DNA of 64,000 nucleotides from a bacterium (GTDB lineage Bacteria; UBA10199; 2-02-FULL-50-16; JAJFLM01): NCBI GenBank assembly GCA_965216315.1, contig CBDCFN010000016.1, positions 480,001 to 544,000 of the forward strand, read 5' to 3'. Shown piece by piece: positions 56,979 to 64,000 of this stretch (position 1 is its first letter; each line of letters starts with the position of its first letter). The notes under the pieces were generated by a model. It saw only the letters and a program-made list of their open reading frames with translations, ran no database searches and was not told where the DNA came from. The position numbers and the translations under genes were made by a program.

Positions 56979-57608
56979 ATGGCGCGATATACAGATTCAG
57001 TTTGTCGTTTATGTCGTCGCGAAGGTGTTAAACTCTACCTTAAGGGGAATCGATGTTACACGGAGAAATGTGCAATCGAGAGGCGTCAATATGCTCCGGG
57101 GCAACATGGTCAACGGCGTCGTTCAAAGATTTCCGAATATTGTCTCCAGTTGCGAGAGAAGCAAAAAATTAAGCGCATCTATGGGTTACTTGAACGTCAA
57201 TTTAGAGGTTATTTCCGCAAGGCGGACCGCATGAAAGGGATTACAGGTGAAAACCTCCTGCTTTTTCTCGAGAGACGCCTTGATAATGTTGTCTATCGCA
57301 TGGGCTTTTGTGACTCACGGCAGGAGAGTCGACAGATGGTGTTGCATGGCCATTTTCAGGTGAACGGCAAAAAAGTAACGATACCATCTTACCTGGTTTC
57401 CAAAGGGGATGAAATTGTTGTGAAAGAGAAATCTCAAAAACTTCAACGGATTAATGAATCATTGGAATCAGTGGAGCGTCGCGGGATTCCCTTGTGGGTT
57501 GAACTGGAGAAGTCGAAATATTTGGGGCGCGTTAAGAGTTTTCCAACGCGCGAAGAATTGACTATGCCGATGCAAGAACAGCTGGTCGTCGAATTGTACT
57601 CAAGATAA
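56979..57608 (+). CDS. rpsD: 30S ribosomal protein S4 (Zn-binding form)
   Basis: [21 protein letters not shown]. Confidence 0.99.
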   Translation: MARYTDSVCRLCRREGVKLYLKGNRCYTEKCAIERRQYAPGQHGQRRRSKISEYCLQLREKQKIKRIYGLLERQFRGYFRKADRMKGITGENLLLFLERRLDNVVYRMGFCDSRQESRQMVLHGHFQVNGKKVTIPSYLVSKGDEIVVKEKSQKLQRINESLESVERRGIPLWVELEKSKYLGRVKSFPTREELTMPMQEQLVVELYSR

Positions 57609-57629
57609 TTTTTTATTTGGAGGTCCATT

Positions 57630-58640
57630 ATGTATGCAAATTGGAGAAACCTCATCCAGCCGAAAGGTGTCGAGTTTGATCAGGAAAGTAGCACGCCGAC
57701 GTATGGCAAGTTTATTGCTCGCCCTTTAGAGCGTGGTTTCGGAATCACCCTAGGGAATGCTTTGCGACGCATTCTCTTGTCCTCATTGCAGGGAGCTGCG
57801 ATTTCCAAAGTGAAATTTGAGGGTGTCTTGCATGAGTTTGGGGCGATCACCGGTGTCGCGGAAGACGTTTCGGATATTTTACTCAATCTAAAGCAAGTTC
57901 GAATGAGACTCCATTCCGAGACAGCCGATACGATGCGCTTAGTGGTCAAGGGTCCAATGGATGTGAAAGCCGAACATATTGAGACGGGTGAGAATATTAC
58001 TATTCTTAATCCCGAGCAACAGATTGCGACTTTGAATAAAGATGGGAAAATCGAGATGGAAATGACCGTTTCGATGGATAAGGGCTATGTGCCGGCAGAA
58101 CGGAATAAATCAGACGAGGATCCGGTCGGACTGATCTATCTTGATTCGAGCCATTCACCCGTGTCGCGGGTTAACTATAATGTGACGAATGCACGCGTCG
58201 GGCAGCAGACTGATTATGATCGTCTTACTATGGAGATCTGGACGGACGGAAGTGTTATGCCGGCGGATGCTTTGGCCTTTGCTGCTAAAATTCTCAAGGA
58301 GCAATTACAGATCTTCATTAATTTTGAAGAAGTTCCAGAACCGGTCGTTGAGGAGGTCCGTTTAGAAAAACCAGTTTATAATGAAAACTTGAGTCGAAAG
58401 GTTGATGAGTTGGAGCTTTCAGTTCGCTCAGCGAATTGTCTCCAGAATGCTCAAATTCGTTATATCGGTGAATTGTGTATGAAGACGGAAGCGGAAATCT
58501 TGAAGACGAAGAACTTTGGGCGTAAGTCTCTCAATGAAATTAAAGATATCTTGACGGAGATGGGTTTGAGTCTCGGTATGAAGGTCGATAATTGGGAAAT
58601 GCCGACGGAAGATCAAGAACCAGTCGAAGAGATTGAATAG
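57630..58640 (+). CDS. rpoA: RNA polymerase alpha subunit
   Basis: [30 protein letters not shown]. Confidence 0.99.
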   Translation: MYANWRNLIQPKGVEFDQESSTPTYGKFIARPLERGFGITLGNALRRILLSSLQGAAISKVKFEGVLHEFGAITGVAEDVSDILLNLKQVRMRLHSETADTMRLVVKGPMDVKAEHIETGENITILNPEQQIATLNKDGKIEMEMTVSMDKGYVPAERNKSDEDPVGLIYLDSSHSPVSRVNYNVTNARVGQQTDYDRLTMEIWTDGSVMPADALAFAAKILKEQLQIFINFEEVPEPVVEEVRLEKPVYNENLSRKVDELELSVRSANCLQNAQIRYIGELCMKTEAEILKTKNFGRKSLNEIKDILTEMGLSLGMKVDNWEMPTEDQEPVEEIE

Positions 58641-58649
58641 GATACTATA

Positions 58650-59252
58650 ATGCGACATCGAGTAGCTGGTAGAAAACTAGGCCGTACCATGGAGCATCGC
58701 CGTGCGATGCTCAGGAATATGGTGACATCGCTTATCTTGGAAGAGCGGATTGAAACGACGCTTCCTAAGGCCAAGGAGCTACGCCGTGTTGCCGATAGGA
58801 TGATTACGCTGGGCAAACGGGGAACCCTCCATGCGCGGCGTCAGGCCTTGTCCTATGTGCGCACGAATGATGCGGTTAAAAAACTTTTTGCCGAATTGGC
58901 AGGGCGTTTTTCGGAACGCAATGGGGGTTATACGCGTATCCTGAAACTAGGACAGCGTCGTGGGGATGCGGCGCCTATCGCTATCATTGAATATCTTGGG
59001 GCACCGATAAAGCCGCCGCGAGAAGAGCGCCGTCGCTTAAAGGCTGAAGCGCGCCGCCAAGCGGAGGCCGAGGCCAAAAAGGCCAAGCCGAAGAAGAAAA
59101 AGGCTAAGGCGGGAGACAAGGCGGTAAAGGCGACACCGGAGAAGAAGACCTCGGCTGCCAAGAAAGATGCGGCGGGTAAGGCCGCTCCCAAGAAAAAAGG
59201 CATGCTGGGGCGGGTGCTCAAGCGTAAGTCCCAGAAAACAGTAAAGAAATAG
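58650..59252 (+). CDS. rplQ: 50S ribosomal protein L17 with Lys/Ala-rich tail
   Basis: [18 protein letters not shown]. Confidence 0.99.
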   Translation: MRHRVAGRKLGRTMEHRRAMLRNMVTSLILEERIETTLPKAKELRRVADRMITLGKRGTLHARRQALSYVRTNDAVKKLFAELAGRFSERNGGYTRILKLGQRRGDAAPIAIIEYLGAPIKPPREERRRLKAEARRQAEAEAKKAKPKKKKAKAGDKAVKATPEKKTSAAKKDAAGKAAPKKKGMLGRVLKRKSQKTVKK

Positions 59253-59366
59253 GGCTGATCTTTATTAGCTTTCCATTAGCGGGGGCCTTGCGTATACTTT
59301 TTCTCTATCGCGTTTCTTACCCCCTAAGATAGTGCTAATCAGACCAACCATGTGAAGGAGGGAATC

Positions 59367-60581
59367 ATGGTCCGAACGAAGAAATCATTTCAAGGAATAC
59401 GTTTATTTACATTGAGTGTCGCGGCATTGGGCCTATTCGCTGTTGCGGCGTGTAGCAGTGACGATGGTGGCACGACGACGACCACCGGGACGGCCTTGGA
59501 GGGCCTGGCGTCTTGTACCGCGCAGGCCGGTTCCTCGGTCATTTGCGGAAAGGTTGTTGCTGCGGACGGGACGACGCCGGTCGTTGGAGCTGAGGTGACC
59601 CAGGCCGATGGGTCTTCCTTGGTGGCGGCGCCGCTCACGGGGCTATCAAATGATGCTTTTGGGGCCTTAACCGCCGATCCGGATAAGTGTCTGACCGATG
59701 ATCTCGGTGATTATGCCTGTCTCGTCCCCGGTTCCGGTGAGTTTAACTTGCTGCTCTCGGGGAGTATCTTCGGGAACACGCCGCAGGCCTTTACCGCGAC
59801 GGGAACCGAAGGAGAAACCACAACTGTTGATGTGACTGCGGATGTCAGTGCGCAATGGCTGGTCGTCCCGGGAAGCTTTGATGGCATTCAATTGCTCCTG
59901 GCTGAGTTAAAAGGGTGTACTCTGACGGGGGATGCTTCCAATCCGGATGGTTTACGTGGGAGCGAAGACTGTGAAAACAAAGGCCTCAAAGTCCTGGATG
60001 ATGCGGAGGTCACCGACTTCCTCGCGGATGAAGATTTGAGTGTTTACCAGGCTATTTTCGCCAACTGTGATGCGGATGAAAGTTTTAGTGCGAGAGCTGA
60101 TGAAGTGACAACCGCTCTGAGGAATTATGTGAATGGCGGTAAAAATATGTACTTCTCGGATCTATCGGACAGTTGGCTGACGACGGTCTTTCCGGACAAC
60201 ATTACCTTTCCGGCCGATAAGAATAGTACGGGCTCGGGGACGCTGAGTGGCGCTACTGTGAAGGATACCGGGCTGCAAATGTTCCTCGGTTCGACGGCCT
60301 CACCGCAGACGTCGATGGATATCATCTTTGATCTCGGTGTGTGGACGGCGATGGAAAGCGTCCGTTCGGGATGGACCACATTCATCGAGGGAGACATCGC
60401 CGGGAGCGGGCTCGGGGCGAGCCACACCGGGACGCGCCCAATCACTGTTGGTGGGCCGCAAGAAGATGGCTGTGTCTTTTACACCTCCTATCATGTCGAA
60501 CCGTCTAGTGTGACAGGGGCTGAGGATCAGGAGAAAGCCCTACGCTATCTGATCCTGAATCGCATGAATAACTGCTCTTAA
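59367..60581 (+). CDS. Hypothetical Cys-rich lipoprotein (beta-sandwich plus alpha/beta domain)
   Basis: AAGGAGG RBS, lipobox VAAC, Thr linker, G.V..DG.TPV.GA.V pattern, LRNYVNGG. Confidence 0.8.
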   Translation: MVRTKKSFQGIRLFTLSVAALGLFAVAACSSDDGGTTTTTGTALEGLASCTAQAGSSVICGKVVAADGTTPVVGAEVTQADGSSLVAAPLTGLSNDAFGALTADPDKCLTDDLGDYACLVPGSGEFNLLLSGSIFGNTPQAFTATGTEGETTTVDVTADVSAQWLVVPGSFDGIQLLLAELKGCTLTGDASNPDGLRGSEDCENKGLKVLDDAEVTDFLADEDLSVYQAIFANCDADESFSARADEVTTALRNYVNGGKNMYFSDLSDSWLTTVFPDNITFPADKNSTGSGTLSGATVKDTGLQMFLGSTASPQTSMDIIFDLGVWTAMESVRSGWTTFIEGDIAGSGLGASHTGTRPITVGGPQEDGCVFYTSYHVEPSSVTGAEDQEKALRYLILNRMNNCS

Positions 60582-60604
60582 GCAGCCGATTAAATTGAAT
60601 CGTC

Positions 60605-60639
60605 AAAAGGCCCCGGTACTTGCGTACCGGGGCCTTTTT
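60605..60639 (+). terminator. Rho-independent terminator (potentially bidirectional)
   Basis: aaaa-ggccccggtac-ttgc-gtaccggggcc-ttttt. Confidence 0.92.
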
Positions 60640-60655
60640 GTATGATAACCCCTTC

Positions 60656-61183
60656 ATGCGTAATCGCATCGTTCTCATTGCTATCCTTGCGGCAGGCCTG
60701 TTGATCTATTTTTATGTGACCCCTTACACTGAGGGGATTGCGGTTGGCGATCCGGCTCCAGCGTTTGAGCTCACCGATCAGCAGGGGAAGCTTGTAAAGT
60801 TATCCGACCTGAGAGGGCAGACGATACTCCTGAATATCTGGGCCACCTGGTGTCCTCCCTGCGTCTGGGAGATGCCCTCGTTGGAGCGCTTGCATTTGGC
60901 GCTGGCGCAGGATAATTTTAAGGTCGTTGCGGTCAGTATTGATGAAGGAGGTTGGCCGGTCATTAGACAGTTTTTGCAACGGACGTCATTGTCGTTTCCG
61001 ATCTTGTTAGACAGCAGTACGGCGGTTGCGCAAAGCTACGGGACCTATCAGCTACCGGAATCCTACATCATTGGGCCGCAGGGTAAGATCTTAAAAAAGT
61101 ATCGCGGTCCGCGGGAGTGGGATAAAGAGAGTGTTGTTAATGAGATTCAAGCACTGATAAGAAAGCATAGCAATGTACCGTAA
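60656..61183 (+). CDS. TlpA/ResA-family thiol-disulfide oxidoreductase
   Basis: N-terminal anchor, NIWATWCPPC..EMP, LPESY. Confidence 0.92.
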   Translation: MRNRIVLIAILAAGLLIYFYVTPYTEGIAVGDPAPAFELTDQQGKLVKLSDLRGQTILLNIWATWCPPCVWEMPSLERLHLALAQDNFKVVAVSIDEGGWPVIRQFLQRTSLSFPILLDSSTAVAQSYGTYQLPESYIIGPQGKILKKYRGPREWDKESVVNEIQALIRKHSNVP

Positions 61184-62018
61184 ATATCTTCCATTCTTAA
61201 TCGTAGTATTGGTAATGGCCGGTTGTGTCAGGGATCCTATTACCGGCAAGAAGACCTACAATTGGTACTCGATTAAAAACGATGCCAAGTTGGGTGATCA
61301 AGTCATGACCGCTCAACTACAGGCTCTCGATAAGAAGAAAAAACCTATTGATGCTAAGGCCGATCCCAAAATGTATAAGAAGATGAAGAAGATTGCCTTT
61401 GATATCGCGGCGGTTTCACATGTGCGTACGTTTCCCTGGGAATTTCATCTTGCTGAAGTCGATGTCGTGAATGCCTGGGCGGCACCGGGCGGTAAGATCA
61501 TGGTTTATTCCGGACTGTACAATCACAAGAAAAAAGCCTTAGTGAATCCTAAAAATAAACATGAGATTGCAGCGGTGCTCGGACATGAGATTGCCCACGC
61601 GACGGCGCGTCACGTAACGGAATCGATAAGTCGTAACTACAGCATCCTTCTTGTGGGTCAGGCGGCCATGTCCGCCATATCGGCGTCCGGAAGCACGTTG
61701 GCGACGAACATCTTTCATAATGTTTTTGTGAGTGGGATGAACATTTATGTTCCGACCTATTCAAGAAAATATGAGGCCGAGGCGGATAAAATAGGACTCT
61801 TTTATATGGCCGCGGCCGGTTATGACCCCACGGCGGCGCGTGATTTATGGTACCGTGCCTGTAAAAAACGGGGTGACCGTACCTCGATATATGCCTCGCA
61901 TCCTTCGAGCTGTGCGCGGGCACAGAAATTGGAAGGCTATCTCCCGGAGGCGACGGCCCTTTACAAACGAGTCAAGCGCGGTGAGAAGGTGCCGATTCCA
62001 CCGCATATCCCTGAGTAG
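61173..62018 (+). CDS. M48-family metallopeptidase lipoprotein
   Basis: Lipobox MAGC, NAWAAPGG, GHEIAH, YSRKYEAEAD, SHP. Confidence 0.92.
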   Translation: MYRKYLPFLIVVLVMAGCVRDPITGKKTYNWYSIKNDAKLGDQVMTAQLQALDKKKKPIDAKADPKMYKKMKKIAFDIAAVSHVRTFPWEFHLAEVDVVNAWAAPGGKIMVYSGLYNHKKKALVNPKNKHEIAAVLGHEIAHATARHVTESISRNYSILLVGQAAMSAISASGSTLATNIFHNVFVSGMNIYVPTYSRKYEAEADKIGLFYMAAAGYDPTAARDLWYRACKKRGDRTSIYASHPSSCARAQKLEGYLPEATALYKRVKRGEKVPIPPHIPE

Positions 62019-62072
62019 GGCCTTGGGCGTCACTTGATATTTCACGTCCTTAATGATAAATAGCTTTCAATA

Positions 62073-62537
62073 ATGGCGGACCAAGTCTCAAAGATGGATG
62101 ACGTTCCTAAAGGCTTTGAAGACAAACTCTCCAGACTTCAGAGCTATTTAGTCGAGCACGGATTACGGAATACGCATCAACGTGAGGTCATTCTGGCCGA
62201 GTTCCTGCGGCGACATCACCATTTTACTATTGAAGAACTCTGGGAGGAAGTCCGCAAAGTAGACCCGACGATTGGCTATGCTACCGTCTATCGGACGCTT
62301 CGTCTCTTTACGGAGTGTGGGATTGCGAACAAACACGATTTTGGGGGAGGCAGCGCGCGTTTTGAACAAGAGTCCGGTCATCACCATGATCACATGATTT
62401 GTAATAAGTGCGGTAAGATCATCGAGTTCGAGGATGATAGAATTGAAGAACTTCAAGAGGTTGTCTGTAAGAGCTATGACTTTCAACTGCAATCTCATCG
62501 TATGGAGATGTACGGTATCTGTTCGGACTGTCAGTGA
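62073..62537 (+). CDS. fur: Fur-family transcriptional regulator
   Basis: ATVYRTL, HHHDHMICNKC, C-terminal CSDC. Confidence 0.9.
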   Translation: MADQVSKMDDVPKGFEDKLSRLQSYLVEHGLRNTHQREVILAEFLRRHHHFTIEELWEEVRKVDPTIGYATVYRTLRLFTECGIANKHDFGGGSARFEQESGHHHDHMICNKCGKIIEFEDDRIEELQEVVCKSYDFQLQSHRMEMYGICSDCQ

Positions 62538-62545
62538 GAGTTTTT

Positions 62546-63040
62546 TTAGTCTTGATGGTTTTTCCCCCACATGTCACGCAGCGGTATGATGATATAACTT
62601 AGGTAGAACAACCATTCCCCGATCCAACCAACTATTAAGAGCGGAATAAATAGCGGTGAGATATATCGAATTCCCCAGGGCGCCAATAGATCTAAGAGCG
62701 TCGCGACAAAACCTCCCACCAAAAGTATATATTTCATACGCTGCTTGATCTTCGTGGCAATGAGGATATGTGCTAAAGTCAGGTAGATAATCCCCATCAT
62801 GAAGGCATGGAAATGAGTTGTTTCCAATAACTGCAGGAAACTGCGCGGAAAAGTCAGCTCTGTTTGGCTGCCGAGATAATGCTGTTGGATAGCCTGCCAA
62901 CTCCAACCGATAATATGAAGCTGAAAGGCGGCAACGGTAATAAAGCCGATAGCTACGAAGAGAAGAAAAAATGTATAAATCAGTTTAACGTCTTTATTGG
63001 CGTTAGCTATGCGGTAGCCGCGACGGGTGTAATTTTTCAT
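62546..63040 (-). CDS. Uncharacterised 4-TM membrane protein with His-rich helix
   Basis: Four hydrophobic helices; LLETTHFHAF..LAH; ATGA overlap with the upstream apbE-like gene. Confidence 0.75.
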   Translation of the reverse strand: MKNYTRRGYRIANANKDVKLIYTFFLLFVAIGFITVAAFQLHIIGWSWQAIQQHYLGSQTELTFPRSFLQLLETTHFHAFMMGIIYLTLAHILIATKIKQRMKYILLVGGFVATLLDLLAPWGIRYISPLFIPLLIVGWIGEWLFYLSYIIIPLRDMWGKNHQD

Positions 63041-63789
63041 TTGGGTTCACACTCTATATCGAGATTCCCGCTGATGTCTACTTGTCCGTTGGACCGAATA
63101 ATCATAAAAGCAAGAGACGGGTCTTGCCGTCTCAAATGATGAATCAGTTGAGTTTTATTGGGTCCGGCCGCATAAACAGCAGTCGCCAGGGCATCGGCCG
63201 TGTCGGCCGTATTTGCAAAGACCGTCACGGAATGATCGTTTGTTTCAACCGGCTTTCCACTATGAGGGTCAAAAATATGCTGACCGCGTTCCGATGTTCC
63301 TGAGGTGGCTAGCGCCCCCTGCATGACGCAAAGCGGAGCCGGGAATGACTCGAGTTCGATTTTCCAAGCGTGGCGTCTCAACTTGTTTTCGGCCCAAATG
63401 TCGCCCCCTGCATTAATTAAAAAGTGTTGATAGCCGACTGCGCGTAAGAATTGAGCCATTTGGTCAATGATGTACCCCTTGGCAATACCTCCGAGCCCAT
63501 AGCGGCGATCAAAATAACCGAGGGTGGCGGGTCCCAGCTGGGTGGCTTTTTGTTGCAGCCGGGGAAGCCTCTCGACACGCGCCTCCAGGCGGCGAGCGAG
63601 CTCAAAGGCTTCAGTCATGCTGCCTAGGGCCTCAGCAGGAGGGCGGGCCTCTGGATCTAATATGAGGGTTACAGGCACCGTTTCCATCAAGATTTGGGTG
63701 CGGGCGAGCTCTTGGGCGGCGTCGAGGGAGGTGGCCGCGCCAAGGGAAGTAGCGGCGTAACTAGCTAAAATAAAAAGAAAATATTTCAT
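63037..63789 (-). CDS. apbE: ApbE-family FAD:protein FMN transferase, shortened
   Basis: Signal peptide, LGGIAKGY, INAGGDI, ATSG, HIFDP.SG, ADALATA. Confidence 0.85.
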   Translation of the reverse strand: MKYFLFILASYAATSLGAATSLDAAQELARTQILMETVPVTLILDPEARPPAEALGSMTEAFELARRLEARVERLPRLQQKATQLGPATLGYFDRRYGLGGIAKGYIIDQMAQFLRAVGYQHFLINAGGDIWAENKLRRHAWKIELESFPAPLCVMQGALATSGTSERGQHIFDPHSGKPVETNDHSVTVFANTADTADALATAVYAAGPNKTQLIHHLRRQDPSLAFMIIRSNGQVDISGNLDIECEPK

Positions 63790-63804
63790 ATGATGTCCAA
63801 CAGC

Positions 63805-63833
63805 TTGACAGTTGTGACCGACGACTCTATGTA
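63805..63833 (+). promoter_or_regulatory. Candidate sigma70 promoter
   Basis: TTGACA-N17-TATGTA. Confidence 0.45.
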
Positions 63834-63847
63834 GGGTCTGTTTTATT

Positions 63848-63866
63848 GAAAATGGTTATCAAAATC
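63848..63866. promoter_or_regulatory. Candidate Fur box
   Basis: GAAAATGGTTATCAAAATC, 14/19 match to GATAATGATAATCATTATC, between divergent genes near fur. Confidence 0.6.
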
Positions 63867-63903
63867 AACTAAATTGTCGTGAGACGAATGAAGGAGAAAA
63901 ACG

Positions 63904-64000
63904 GTGAAATATTCAAAACAGCTGCTGGGGATTCTAGGCCTGACAGTCATGGCCCTTTTCATCCAGTGGAGTAATCCGACGCAGGCAGCCGCAGCGGAGG
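63904..64000 (+). CDS. Secreted protein, 3' truncated by window edge
   Basis: AAGGAG RBS, GTG start, MKYSKQLLGILGLTVMALFIQWSNPTQA signal-peptide-like. Confidence 0.7.
   Translation, partial: MKYSKQLLGILGLTVMALFIQWSNPTQAAAAE

Noticed and set aside
62050..62072. Possible autoregulatory Fur box upstream of fur
   Set aside because: Only a partial match with irregular spacing; AT-rich promoter sequence explains it

Overview
Bacterial chromosome segment; gene content and order (futalosine-pathway mqnD, Cys-containing C-terminal sorting signals, long S41 protease, contiguous tRNA-tuf-rpo-str-S10-spc-alpha cluster) suggest a deltaproteobacterial-type lineage (inference). About 26.7-59.3 kb is a contiguous translation/transcription super-cluster: 5 tRNAs, two tuf copies, rpoB/C/A, secE/Y and ribosomal proteins, but no rpmD. 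The flanks carry housekeeping genes (prmA, mqnD, ilvD, aroE, ribF, ispG, proS, pyrF, rlmB, fur) and several unexplained items. The best candidate for a new system is a tightly packed four-gene operon (17.3-21.3 kb) of two tandem pairs, each a secreted TIMP/NTR-like small protein followed by a secreted matrixin-like metzincin with no evident pro-domain and a Gly/Ser-Cys C-terminal tail. Also notable: a 582-aa protein with no lysine behind an IHF site and a sigma28-type -10 box; twin identical-core hairpins before a ferredoxin gene; a REPIN-like inverted pair filling the tRNA-Thr/tRNA-Tyr spacer; and a shortened ApbE beside a Fur box. No CRISPR, rRNA or transposase seen. All calls are by eye; no database searches were run.
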